Shown here: one piece after another, positions 1-12,926 of the stretch
Numbering within the stretch: position 1 is the stretch's first letter
How the letters are laid out: every line of letters begins with the position of its first letter
Notes under the pieces: model-generated
What the model was told of the DNA's origin: nothing
Seen by the model: the letters and a program-made list of their open reading frames with translations, nothing else
Database searches by the model: none
Program-made: the position numbers and the translations under genes
NCBI RefSeq assembly: GCF_006345805.1
Contig: NC_042997.1
Coordinates: 143,840,001-143,904,000 of the forward strand
Source of the DNA: Octopus sinensis
Taxonomy: Eukaryota
Reading direction: 5' to 3'
DNA: 64,000 bases

Positions 1-23
1 TGGCAACATCAATTATTAAAGTA

Positions 24-231
<208 letters not shown>

Positions 232-1199
232 ATGTGTATAGAAACTGTTTGAGCAATAATATAAATATGATTTACATATTTTCTGGTGGCGCACGTGATA
301 AGATTCGTTAATGGGTTTTGATTAATAGGGGATAGAGAAATGGAATGTGATAGAATATACTTCCTAATGCTTTTAGAGCTTAATGAGGAAACTCTTACGG
401 TCTTGCATGGCCTGCTAAGAATAGCAGCCGAATCTCCAATCATATTGTATTATTTTCAAAAAAAAAAAAGAAAAGGGTAACATATTTGATAATATGTTCT
501 AGGGTACACTAAGTGTTGTCAGGTCACTTGTGAGATCTCTCATGAATAATTCTGGTAACATGGAATCCAGTACAACATGTTGCATGTTTGGGTCGTTGGC
601 AACTAAACCGACACACCGCCACTAAGAGCTGTTAAGACGGAAGATGAACCTAGTGTAGGTTTAACGATTATCTGGCAATAGCACGATCCCTCAGAAATTC
701 CGAGTTGGTGATCGGCATGTTGTAAGACGACTAGGAATAAGGCACTCTTTAGCTTTTGTTAAAGCTTGTCTCTAGAATCCGCTATAGATATCACTGTCTC
801 AAAGTAAATATGCGAAATACTCCGAACATGAACTCTACACATCAACACCGACGCCCTTGTTCTTTCTGTGGGACATTTGTTACAGCCTCGACTGCCGCCG
901 ACCATCGGATGAAGTCAGCATTTGTGAGGAATGTGGTGAAGTCGGTGGTCAGAACCTGCTCAACCCATCCCAGGAGGTGAATGACGCCGCAATTACAAGT
1001 AAGCAAGGTACACCAAGAAAAGCGCTAGTTGTCACTTGTGAAAGAGAACGGTTAGGTTAACATGTATCATGTTTCTGCTATTTGTTTTAGGTGATTGTGT
1101 AGTCACGAACACACACAAACGCGATCTTGATTCTCTCGCTATTTGACCTATAAACATCCAGGATTTGACAAATGGAGAAAGTGATGGGTGCACTCGGGT

Positions 1200-1331
1200 G
1201 GTACTCATTTTCAGCTGAGTTGAACAATGTGAAATGAAATGCTTTGCTCTAGGACACACCACATCGCCGGGTCGTCCGGGAATTGAGACCACAACTTTAT
1301 GATCGCGAGCCGAACACACTAACCTCTTGGC
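1200..1331 (-). mobile_element. tRNA-derived SINE, 5' part
   Basis: Reverse complement gives a tRNA-like head followed by TGTGTCCTAGAGCAAAG...CTCAGCTGAAAATGAGTACC; homologous to the fuller copy at 47208-47528. Confidence 0.7.
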
Positions 1332-1911
1332 TGCATACCTTCAAGAGGGTATACTACGTATTGATCATGGCTGGAATATCTTTTTTTGACCAAAGCTCTG
1401 GTCGATTAGGGGTAAACAGTAACAATAACTTCCTAAAGCTTTTGATAAACGTATATCAAGGGAAATGCTTTCACGTGGGAATCAAATTGGATTTTGATTG
1501 GCTGGAGAAAACGATGACTGTCGTTGTTGTTGTTGTTGTTTAGGCTCAGGTCAGTCTCTACTGTGCATATTTACGGTGAAATATGTTGGCCATTAGGCCA
1601 TTACAATTTCGTCTTCTGTACGACATTGCACACCTTCCAGTTCTTTACCAGACGAGGTATTCTTGATTTAAGGCTTTAGTTCACATAATAAAACCGGTTC
1701 TTTTTGTAAGGGTTAAACTGTCTGTAGGCTGGTGCCACAGCTGGGCTAAGTAAAATAGAAAAAGTTAATTATTATAAAAGTTAATGGCGTATAAACTGAG
1801 TTCATAACTGAGCTAAGGAAAAAAGGACTCATTTTCTGAGGGTTACACAGTGTATAGGCTGTGGTCAGAAAAGGGCTAAAAAACAACAAAACATAAAGGT
1901 ACTTTTTCCGC

Positions 1912-2020
1912 AAGGGTTGTGTGGTAAGAAGTTTGATTCCCAACCACACGGTCCCGGATTCAGTCCCACTGCGTGGCACCTTGGGCAAGGGTCTTCTGCT
2001 ATAGCCTAGGGCCGACTAAA
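1912..2020 (+). mobile_element. CORE-like SINE head fragment
   Basis: TGTGTGGTAAGAAG...GGATTCAGTCCCACTGCGTGGCACCTTGGGCAAG matches the head of many copies in the window. Confidence 0.8.
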
Positions 2021-2441
2021 GGATGAAAGGCAAAGTCGGCCTAGGCGACTGATCTAATCAATAATGTCATCTTAAGGTGTTTATAAGAGTATCTTGCAAT
2101 TTTCTTTTAGGATGTTCATGCTATTTAAGATACAATACACAGTAAGGCCAAGAAAAGTATGAAAAATAATACCTTCTTTTTAGGCTTCCCCAAAGAGAAA
2201 CACTTAGATATCTTTTTCGTGGTTTTAATAAATGAGGAGGCATAGCATCCTTGAACTTTTACTAAGTCGTATCGAATAGCAGAGTAAAAAAAACTCAACC
2301 TATCAAATATAGTCTATCCGACGAGTTTCCGTCTCTATCCAATTACTCTTACATGATTTCGATCGAATATGGCAGAGCACACTTGCTTAACGTGTCTTAC
2401 AGGGATCAAACGGTAAAGCAAACTTTTTAAATCACTGCCAT

Positions 2442-2492
<51 letters not shown>

Positions 2493-2531
2493 TATATATA
2501 TATAATAATATAATATATATATATATATGTA

Positions 2532-2582
<51 letters not shown>

Positions 2583-2614
2583 TATGTATGTATGAATGTG
2601 TGTATGTATGTAAG

Positions 2615-2646
<32 letters not shown>

Positions 2647-2679
2647 ATATATATATGTTCATATACATATGTGTATGCG

Positions 2680-3016
2680 TAGCCTTGCTTCCCAATCACA
2701 TGGCTCTGAGGTCAATCCCACTGCTTAACTCATTGGGCAAGCGTCTTCTACTATAGCTTCGGGCCGACCAAATCCACTAGACGGAAACTAAATGAAGCCC
2801 GTCGTATATGTATATATCTATGTATCTGTGTTTGACCTCCCGTTTCCGCTTGACAACCGGAGTTGGTGTGTTTACGTTCCCGTAAATTTGTGGTTCAGTA
2901 AAAGAGACTGACAGAATAAGTTCTAGGTTTCAAAATAAGTCCTGGGTCGATTTGTTCAACTGAAATCCTTCAAGGAGGTGCTCCAGCATTGTCGCAAACA
3001 AGTAAAAGAATAAAAG
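2680..3016 (+). mobile_element. CORE-like bipartite SINE, nearly full length
   Basis: Head, internal microsatellite, body and ...AACAAGTAAAAGAATAAAAGA tail, as at 8340-8750 and 32348-32697. Confidence 0.8.
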
Positions 3017-3037
3017 ATATATATATATATATATATA

Positions 3038-3612
3038 TTGTGTCATCCCATAGATAATGCGGTTTTGTTTCATTGCATGAACTAAAAATCGGAGGGGGAC
3101 GGGATAAACTACCTGCATCAACTTGCTATGAAGGCAGGTAGTAATTTTACCTTGTATTTATTCTTAGAGCAAGTTTTGAAGAGTGCAGTTCGATTCTAGC
3201 AGTAATTTTTTCAAAGCTAATAATGGAAGGGACAAAGGAACATATTGAGCATATTTTGCTTCATGAGTTCAATAAAGGCACAACACAAAAGAAAGAGCAA
3301 GGAATATTTATGCAGTATATGCAGGATGACATTCGAAAGGCTGGAGCAGTTTGAATGGGAAACGATACCCCATCCAGCATATTCGCCGGACATTGTCCCA
3401 TTTGATTATCATTTATTCCGCAGTCGTCAAAATCATTTCGACGGCAAAAATCTGAATTCTGTAGACGAGGTTAGAACAACACTGGAGAGTATTTTTCGTC
3501 ACGGACAAGTGAATTTTGGGAGAGGGGCCTTGCAAGTTTACCAGATAGATGGATGACCATTGTAGAAAATGAAGGAGAGCATACTGTAGATTAAAAAAAG
3601 AACTTTATCTTA
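3038..3612 (+). mobile_element. Mariner internal-deletion derivative
   Basis: Left TIR TGTCATCCCATAGATAATGCGG matches the 41523-42810 family. The N-terminus MEGTKEHIEHILLHEFNKG is fused to the C-terminal PHPAYSPDIVPFDYHLFRS motif; most of the transposase is missing. Confidence 0.85.
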
Positions 3613-3777
3613 TGTATATATATATATATATATATAAATATAATAAATGGTGTATTTTTGCCTTGTTAACAATTAACACGGAAAAATAAATAGTACCAGG
3701 GTAGCAAAAAGTGTCACAAGTAAATAGGTTATAACTCCTGTTATAAAAGGTATATATATTATATATATATATATATA

Positions 3778-3832
<55 letters not shown>

Positions 3833-3838
3833 GTATAC

Positions 3839-3889
<51 letters not shown>

Positions 3890-4020
3890 ATATATATGTG
3901 TTTGTGGGTGGTGTGTGTATGTATATATATATATATATATATGCATATAAATATATACTATTTATATGCATATATATATATATACTCATTATATATATAT
4001 ATACTCTTATATATATATAC

Positions 4021-4448
4021 TCTTTTTACTCTTTTACTCTTTTACTTGTTTCAGTCATTTAACTGCGGCCATGCTGGAACACCGCCTTTAGTCGAGCAAA
4101 TTGACCCCGGGATTTATTCTTTGTAAGCCTAGTACTTATTCTATCGGTCTCTTTTGCCGAACCGCTAAGTTACAGGAACGTAAACTTACCAGCATCGGTT
4201 GTCAAGTGGGGGCACAAACACAGACACACAAACATACACACACACACACACATACACACATGTATATATACATATTCATATATACGACGGGATTCATTCA
4301 GTTTCCGTCTACCAAATCCACTCACAAGGCTTGTCGGCCCGCGGCTACATACTAGAAGACCACTGCCCAAGTTGCCACGCAGTGGACTGACCGCGAAACG
4401 ATGTGGTTGGTAAGCAAGCTACTTACCAAACAGCCACTCCTGCGCCTA
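4021..4448 (-). mobile_element. CORE-like bipartite SINE, full length
   Basis: Reverse complement of the 8340-8750 type, from tail (TCTTTTACTTGTTTCAG) to head (CCACTCCTGCGCC). Confidence 0.85.
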
Positions 4449-4987
4449 TATATATATATATATCTTTATATATATAAACTGACGAATGTGTGTGTCTGTC
4501 TGTCTGTGTGTTTCCCTAAACTTTGATAACTACACAACCAATTTCATTCCAATTTACACATATGCCTACTTTAGGTCCGGGGAGTGTCGTCGGCACTTTT
4601 TGCCTAGGGCGAGCCCACAGCAATATCATACCTTCTCCACTATTTCAGTATTACGTGTTAAAAAGTGAAACAAAAACGTTTCTCTATTTTATGTCAGATA
4701 CTTTCACTTTAACAATAAAATAATAACAAGTGAATTATATGTGGTAAGTAATAATTAAAATCAAACTAAAGTATAATATAATCGTAACATAAAAAAAAGT
4801 AAAATAGCAATTGGTATAAAATTGATCAATGACTTGACTTGAAAGTTGTTTCACATGAATGGGAATAAGTAAAAATAAAATTAGCGTGCAGAAATGGAAT
4901 AGTCCAGATGGATATAAAAAATTAAATTAAAGAAAATTCTATTGTCTATAATGTATACAATGTAGAGAAAAAAGAAGATTTGAACAC

Positions 4988-5285
4988 ATGGAGGAAACCA
5001 CCTTCGAAAAGTGTCTTGGTGCGACTATGAAAGGTAAATTCGCCACAATAGAAGCAAGGTTCGAGTCAACGGAGCGTGCAAGGGAGTACTCGACTCGAAC
5101 TTGGAAAGTGGAAATATTTTACTTTTACCTTTATATCGGGGACGTAGGACGTCCCGGAAAAAATTTTAAATGCCTCATCCCCCAGAAGTAGAGGTAGGCT
5201 GGATTGTAGCCACACTTCTATACAAGAGGGAGGACAAGATACAATTAATCGAAATTACAAGAGACGGGCTAACAATTCCAGTCTG
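4988..5285 (+). pseudogene. Possible decayed LINE ORF1 fragment
   Basis: After a frameshift it reads PPEVEVGWIVATLLYKREDKIQLIEITR, which resembles PPGIETEWIEDTI in the 39407-39748 ORF. Confidence 0.35.
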
Positions 5286-5443
5286 TTATATATTTTGAGT
5301 ATTGTTATCACTAGCGATATCAAGATATAACCTTGTATTTTGTATTTTATGTGTAGATGTATATATATAGATGTACATGTAATATGTACACATATATACA
5401 TGCACTAGCACTATGGCCCGGTAACAACGGGTCTTTAATGCTA

Positions 5444-5512
<69 letters not shown>

Positions 5513-5809
5513 TATATATATAAAAGTCAGTAAATGGTGGGATTGTGTTAACCGCACGTGATGAAATGATAGAAGAAAAATAATAAGGCAGAATGCTAAA
5601 TTGAAAGTACATTCTTTCTTTTTTCTTTTTTTCATTTTTTCTTTTTAATTTTTCATACACCCACCCATTTTTATTAAATTGTACTTTCAATTTAGCATAC
5701 TGCCTTATTACTTTTTCTTCTCCTATATATATATACAACTATGGTTTATGTAGTCACTTTCTCTCGGACTTATGGACACTAAACCGATTATATATATATA
5801 TATATATAT

Positions 5810-5846
<37 letters not shown>

Positions 5847-5851
<5 letters not shown>

Positions 5852-5943
5852 ATTAGTGAATGGAAGAATGGAGCTGAACGAAGATTCTACAGAATTCTGT
5901 AGAATCTTCGTTCAGCTCCATTTCTTCCATTCACTAATTATAT
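5847..5943. repeat. 97-bp spacerless palindrome centred on GAATTC (5892-5897)
   Basis: ATATAATTAGTGAATGGAAG-AATGGAGCTGAACGAAGATTCTACAGAA is followed immediately by its reverse complement, with one 1-bp indel. Confidence 0.95.
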
Positions 5944-6107
5944 TAAACTTCAATTATCCGCGCCAACGCACGGTTGCAACACCCTATGGTCATAACTCCA
6001 ACCGTGTTTTTTCTGCTGTGATTTTGCTACCCAGGTATCGGTTAAACTTTGAATAATCCGTAACAGATAATTCATCTTTCCATTTCAACAAATATATATA
6101 TATTGTC

Positions 6108-6173
<66 letters not shown>

Positions 6174-7177
6174 TAATAAAATATAATATATATATATATA
6201 TTTGCAACGGGCGTGCAACGCGTGTGTGTGTACTATATCACACCATATCACTTCTACCAATGACGATTGCAACTAGAACAATGACAATAAAGGTAACATT
6301 TCATCTTGGGATGATAGATCTAACCTTTAAGCTACTCATTAGATTACTAAAACCAAGCTGCGACTCATTATAAAGAACAACTAACTGCCCGAGGAAGAAA
6401 TGTTCTCATCATTTCCTTTTTTTTTTTATCTTAAGAAAAACAATAAAACACTCTCAAAATAGGCTTGGTCATCCTTAGTTTAGTCACTTCAGGCAATATG
6501 TCTGCCAAATAATAAGTGTCGATGTTACATTTCTTTAACTTTTTTAGTTATTATTATTATTATTATTATTTTATTTATTTATTTTTTTGTAAGAAAAAAC
6601 ATCTCAAAGGAGTTAATTTACTCGAGCAACTGCTACTTTTATCCACTCCTCATTTATTTTACTTCGAAACCCTTATCCGAGATAATCCCCACCTTTGTTA
6701 TGCTCTGCTATCCTACCTTAATTAAAATTGTTACCTTTGAATAAGAGAAATAATTGAGATACTAGAAGTCATTGTAGTTTTCTCCTGACTAATGTAGTTT
6801 GTATTTCGTATTTAACTAAACATTCACTCTCTACTTCGAGCTTGGCCTTTCTTTTCTCCAATATTTGAATAGAATAAATTCAGTTCTTTGCTTCAAGTCA
6901 GAAGTAATTATCTTTACTTACAGCAAGATAAGGTACAATTGGTTTTGTTGCTGCTGCTATTGTTGTTTAGACCCATGTTAACCATGATCGAGCTCACCTG
7001 TGATCAAAACCAAGCGATTATCTTTAACAGGCGGTGCAAAAAGCATTTAGGTAAACTATCACACACGCACACACATATCCAGACACACACACATACGCGC
7101 GCTCGCATATGTATCCGTTTAATTCACTTTGGGCGAATGCCTCAGAATGTACTCTTAAAATCTGCTATGTATATATC

Positions 7178-7214
<37 letters not shown>

Positions 7215-7385
7215 GTATATGTACACACACATACACGCACACACATAAGTGTATGCATGTAAGTATATAGTGGGTTTGAGGATATAGTGACTTTCTTAGG
7301 GATTATAAAATCCAGAGATCAATTGGTGTCATCAATGATATATTGGGAGAATTCTCTGAATATAAAGGGATAAACATCTAATATA

Positions 7386-7898
7386 CCGTAAATCCTCAAG
7401 TATAATCAGCATTTTTTCCCCAAAATTTAAAGGTCAAAATCCCTAGTGCGTACTATATACGAGGTTAAAAATGAAAATTATTTTCTAAGCAATGTCCGAG
7501 TCCCTACTTGCTGTCCGGCAATGTTTATTCAGAAGTATTTTGTGATGTCGGGCTCGAAAATACTTTAAGCTAAGCCTGGAAAGCAATGAAGTCATAAAAG
7601 GATCATCCATATCTTGCAGTAAACAACATTTATTAAACGTTATTACTGTTAATTCTTTATTTTCTGCAAACAAAATGCACAAAAAAGCTACACGTTTGCA
7701 TTATGTTATATATACAATAATAATAAAGGACGTTACCGTATACATTTTTACAAACCAAAGACATTATATAGACCTCCTTGACTCAAGTTAGAAAAGGGGT
7801 GCGTATTATACACAAGGCTTAGGTTTTTCAGAGGTACAACCACCGAAGAATCCCCTGCATATTATACTCAAAGGCGGACTATACTCGAGGATTTACGG
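7386..7898. mobile_element. MITE with TA target duplication (pogo/Tc1-mariner type)
   Basis: TA-CCGTAAATCCTCAAGTATA ... TATACTCGAGGATTTACGG-TA terminal inverted repeats; no ORF of note. Confidence 0.8.
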
Positions 7899-8109
7899 TA
7901 CATTTATTACTATAAGTAAACGGAGAAAAATATTGTGGATGCTAATTTTATTTGTATCACATTGAATATACATTAACATAAAATAAGCATAAGAAGTGCC
8001 TACACATGTTTCCATCTGGTCACTATGTAAACAGTGCTTGTGTGTGTGTGTGTGTGTGGTGTGTGTGTGTGTTGTGTGTGTGTGTGGTGTGTGTGTATGT
8101 GTGTGTGTG

Positions 8110-8310
8110 TGTGTCTATGTTTGTCCTCCCACCGCCACTTGACGACCGATGCTGGTGTGTTTATGTCCCCGTAACTTAGCGATTCGGCAAAAGACACAGA
8201 TAGAATAAGTAGTAGGCCTAAAAAGAATAAGGCCTGAGATCGATTTGCTCGACTGAAACCCCTTCATGGTGGTGTCCAGCATGGCCGCAGGCAAATGACA
8301 CACAAATAAA
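8110..8310 (+). mobile_element. CORE-like SINE, 3' half
   Basis: Body and tail homologous to 8540-8750. Confidence 0.8.
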
Positions 8311-8339
8311 AGAATACATATATATTCTTTTATACATGG

Positions 8340-8750
8340 GCGCAGGAGTGGCTGTGTGGTAAGTAGCTTGCTAACCAACCACATGGTTCCGGGTTCAGTC
8401 CCACTACGTGGCATCTTGGGCAAGTGTCTTCTGCTATAGCCCCGGGCCGACCAATGCCTTGTGAGTGGATTTGGTAGACGGAAACTGAAAGAAGCCTGTC
8501 GTATATATGTATATATATATGTATGTGTGTATGTATTTGTGTGTCTGTGTTTGTCCCCCTAGCATTGCTTGACAACCGGTGCTGGTGTGTTAACGTCCCC
8601 GTCACTTAGCGGTTCGGCAAAAGAGGCCGATAGAATAAGTACTGGGCTTACAAAGAATAAGTCCCGGGATCGATTTGCTCGACTAAAGGCGGTGCCCCAG
8701 CATGGCCGCAGTCAAATGACTGAAACAAGTAAAAGAATAAAAAGAGTAAA
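8340..8750 (+). mobile_element. CORE-like bipartite SINE, full length
   Basis: Pol III-like head GCAGGAGTGGCTGTGTGGTAAG...GGTTCAGTCCC, a CORE-like GGCATCTTGGGCAAG segment, an internal microsatellite and an A-rich tail. The CORE assignment rests on recalled consensus. Confidence 0.85.
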
Positions 8751-8769
8751 GAGATATATTGATTTAAAC

Positions 8770-8945
8770 TTCTGGCACAAGGTCAGCAATTTAGGGGTGG
8801 GTATAAGTCGATTACATCGGCCTTAGTGTCGAACTGGTACCTGTTTTATCTACTTTGATTGGACGAAAGGCAAAGTCGATCACAGCGGCACTTAAACTCC
8901 GAACGTAAAGTGGGGGATGAGATGCCGCTAAGTATTTTGACCGGT
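8770..8945 (-). mobile_element. Second SINE family (TTTGCCTTTCATCCTTTCGGGGTCGATAAA central domain), diverged
   Basis: Reverse complement aligns with 11482-11880. Confidence 0.65.
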
Positions 8946-9035
8946 GCGGTTCTTTAAAAAGATTTGTATTGACAGTGACTTCGAAGTTTCGATCAGCTAA
9001 GCTATCGACGTGTACACACACACATGCATTTATAA

Positions 9036-9084
<49 letters not shown>

Positions 9085-9085
<1 letters not shown>

Positions 9086-9312
9086 TTTATTCCTTTACTT
9101 GTTTCGGTCATTTGATTGTGGCCATGCTGGAGCACCGACTTTGGTCGAACAATTCTTTGTAATCCTAGTACTTATTCTATCGGTGAATTTTGCCGAACCG
9201 CTAGTTTTCCCGGACGTAAACACACCATCCTCGGTTGTCAAGCGATGATGTGGGTAGAAATATAGACACACAAATACATACACATATGTATGTATATATA
9301 TATATATATATA

Positions 9313-9396
<84 letters not shown>

Positions 9397-9805
9397 GTAC
9401 ATATGTATATATGTATGTATGTATACGTGGTATATATATATATATATATAACCAGCCGAAATTGCAAAGATAATCTGGAACTCGACTGAGGAAAGAAAAC
9501 TCCGAATGACCCGTCCTTGTTTTCTTTGTATCGTCTATCTGATGTTTCGTTGTCCTTTTTTGTATCACCTAACTGTCTGGATGTTTTGCGTTCTTGTCCC
9601 ATTTTGTATTATATATATATATATATATATAATATATATATATATATATACCACGGACTTCTTTCAGTTTCCATCTACGAAATCCACTTACAAGGCTTTG
9701 GTCGGCCCAAGGCTATAGTAGAAGACACTTGCTCAAAATGCCTCACAGTGGGACTGAACCCGGTACCATGGGGTTGGGAAGCAAGCTTCTTACCACACGG
9801 CCACG
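9085..9805 (-). mobile_element. CORE-like SINE with expanded internal (TA)n that carries an inserted repeat
   Basis: Tail half at 9085-9265 and head half at 9650-9805 are separated by (TA)n containing the 9450-9610 element. Confidence 0.75.
9450..9610 (+). repeat. (TA)n-embedded dispersed repeat, family shared with 43954-44089
   Basis: Both copies begin CAGCCGAAATTGC, share GACTGA(G/T)GA...CGAATG.CCCGTCCT, and are flanked by (TA)n on both sides. Confidence 0.75.
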
Positions 9806-10458
9806 CCAATATACATACACACACACATACACACACAAACACACACACACATGTATATCTGTTGTAAATAATGTATATATAAGCACATCTATCTGTCTAT
9901 CTATGTATTGTTCGTTCATTTAGTTCACGTGGTAAGGGGACAACTCTTCTGTCACAGTTGAACACGCACGTGATAGGCACAGAAAAAAGAGGAAGTAAAT
10001 TTAGAGATAGAAAAATAATAAAGACGATGAATTATATATTGAAAACAATTTAGTCAGAGAAGGAGAGGACGACACTCATGACCGATGCAAGCACTCCTAA
10101 ACTCATAACGTGATGGTGGTTACGGTGGTAGTAATCGTTATTTATACCAAGTTCAACCTCGATGGGACAAACTTCTGATGAAAGGTGAAACATCCCGCCA
10201 TTTTCTTTAGAGTATGCAGTGAGTCATAACACCACGTTATTCGTAACGGCAGAAAATAATGTTTTGTTCTAACCATGGTTTCACTTTTTGAACTACGACC
10301 AAACTGTGGAGCGCCATCTTCCAGGCTGTCAATCATATTCTTTCCCGCTATTAATTTTAGGCTCGTATTTGTTTCACTGATTTCTATATGATTCAAGTTT
10401 TTGACACGACATTGGTTTTTACACACACACTCACATACTCACATACACATACACACAC

Positions 10459-10502
<44 letters not shown>

Positions 10503-10974
10503 TATATATATATATACATATATATGAGTATGTGTGTGTGTGTTGATCTGATGATGTCTTCTTTGCGGATTCCTCTATCCCCTTCTGACACATGGTGCAC
10601 GTAAGAACTTAATTTTCTCGAGGCGGTTAATGAAGGTACGTATGCTATTTAGGTTTATATTTCGACTTGATTATACGTGTCGAATTTCATGATAGCCTCT
10701 AAATCCACCGATCATAGGTGGTGTGTTCAGCCACTTTGCCGTTCAAAATCCACAGCTGTAGAAATGTACCTCAAATGAATGCGATTTTAGCCATCAGTAT
10801 GCAGAACTACATCAAAACTATATTTAAAAAAAAATAATAATCTGGTGAAAATTCGAATAACTTCAAGTGGTTGGAGGAGTTTAAACAAGATCTCTCATTG
10901 AAGCTACGAAACGGATTATTGAAAATATGATAATTAAGGAAGCTGTAGTTGTTAATAAAATAATTTCTACTGTG

Positions 10975-11450
10975 TGGTAAGAAGCTTGCTTCTCAACAGC
11001 GTGGTTCCGGCTTCATTGCTACAGCGTGGCACCTTGCGCGGCCATCTTCTACTATAGTCTCAGGATGACCAAAGCTTAGTGAGGGGATCTAGCAGACGGA
11101 AACTGAAAGAAGCCCGTTGTATACGTGAGTGGGTGTGCATGTGTGTGTGTGCATGTGTGTGTGTGTGCATGTGTGTTTGTACGTGTTTATGTGTCTATGT
11201 ATGTGTGCATGTGTGTGTGTGTGTGTGCATGTGTGTGTCTGTGTGCATGTGTGTGTGTAAGGGAGGTACGTGTCTGTGTTTGTGTTTGTCTCCACCACCA
11301 CTTGGCAACCGGTGTTGATTTGTTTACATTCCCATAACAAAGCGACTCGGCAAAAAACACCAATAGAATAAGTACCAGACTTAAAAATAATAAGTACTGA
11401 GGTCAATTTGCCCCAGTATAGCAGTGGTTCACTGCCTGAAACAAGTAAAA
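10975..11450 (+). mobile_element. CORE-like bipartite SINE, diverged
   Basis: Head, (TG)n spacer, body and ...GAAACAAGTAAAA tail. Confidence 0.75.
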
Positions 11451-11481
11451 AAAAAGGTTACAATATATATATTGTAGGAAA

Positions 11482-11880
11482 GTGGTGAGCTGGCAGAAAC
11501 GTTAGCACACCGGGCGAAATGCTTAGCGGTATTTCGTCTGCCGCTACGTTCTGAGTTCAAATTCCGCCGAGGTCGACTTTGCCTTTCATCCTTTCGGGGT
11601 CGATTAAATAAGTACCAGTTATGCACTGGGGTCAATATAATCGACTTAATCCGTTTGTCTGTCCTTGTTTGTCCCCTCGGTATTTAGCCCCTTGTGGGTA
11701 GTAAAGAAATAGGTATTTCGTCTGTCTTTACGTTCTAAGTTCAAATTCCGCCGAGGTCGACTTTGCCTTTCATCCTTTCGGGGTCGATAAATTAAGTACC
11801 AATTGCGTCCTGGGGACGATCTAATCGACTGGTCCCCACTCCCCCAAATTTCGGGCTTTGTGCCTAGAGTAGAAAAGAAT
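11482..11880 (+). mobile_element. Composite SINE with duplicated central domain
   Basis: Head, body, tail ending AAAGAAATAGGTAT (11703-11716), then a second body and a different tail (GTGCCTAGAGTAGAAAAGAAT). Confidence 0.85.
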
Positions 11881-11974
11881 ATATATGTGTGGGTGTGTGT
11901 ATTGGTTTCAAATTTTGGTACATGGTCAGCAATTTTGGTGGAGGAGGAGGAAGAGGAGAAGGAGGGGAGGAAGT

Positions 11975-12130
11975 CGATTGCATCGACCCCAGAACTCAAC
12001 TGGTACTTATTTTACCGACCCCCGAAAAGATGAAAGGCAAAGTCTTCCCCGGTGTCATTTGAACTCAGAACGTGAAGTCGAAAGAAATGCCGCTAAGCAT
12101 TTTGACCAACGCTGTAACGATTCTGCCAGT
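11975..12130 (-). mobile_element. Second SINE family, diverged copy
   Basis: Contains GATGAAAGGCAAAGTC and GCCGCTAAGCATTT on the + strand. Confidence 0.7.
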
Positions 12131-12154
12131 ATGTGTGTGTGCATACAATCATAT

Positions 12155-12210
<56 letters not shown>

Positions 12211-12714
12211 GGGAGTGCATACATATTTATACACACACACACACGCATACAGAGGCATACATACACACACACATATACATATAATAGTCGTAAGAGTGAC
12301 TGAATATATGTAGAGTTCAGATGAGTTGTATCTGTGACACTGTCTTACTACCCTTTTCGATTGAGTTCATTTCACGTACTTAACACGTACCCTTCTAACC
12401 AGTCTTCCAGTCATGGGTTCCACAACTTTCCGTGTTAAAACCACCATTTAAATTGTTTGCCAAACGAACAATCTAGAGGTGGTTTGGTTCCGCAAGGTTA
12501 GCTTTCCTTTCGTCACGATCAGAGAAAACAAAAGCTTTCAATGATGCCTACCCAAAAAGCTTACGAGATACGGTACATTACTTTTAAGTCATCGAGTCAA
12601 GATTCAAAGTCATTCAAAAAGTCACTCTTTAATAAACTGAATAAAGCAAAACTATAAAATGATGTTTCGGTCTCGCTCACTACCACCTATCCTTACATCT
12701 CTTCCACGACATCT

Positions 12715-12835
12715 TCCATCCTTCCTTCCTTCCTTCTTTCCTTCCTTCCTTCCTTCCTTCCTTCCTTCCTTCCTTCCTTCCTTCCTTCCTTCCTTTCTTT
12801 CTTTCTTTCTTTTTTTCTTTCTTTCTTCTTCTTTA
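12715..12835. repeat. (CCTT)n/(CTTT)n polypyrimidine microsatellite
   Basis: Directly visible. Confidence 0.9.
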
Positions 12836-12867
12836 TTTCTTCCTTATTTCTTCTCTCTGGTGTATAG

Positions 12868-12923
<56 letters not shown>

Positions 12924-12926
<3 letters not shown>

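Noticed and set aside
480-1060. Higher-complexity stretch with small Cys-containing ORFs (756-980, 857-1060)
   Set aside because: No recognisable domain in any frame I translated. It may be an old retroelement remnant but cannot be assigned.
10170-10200. CTGATGA-AAGGT-GAAA-CATC as a hammerhead
   Set aside because: Stem II cannot form, and there is no stem I partner.
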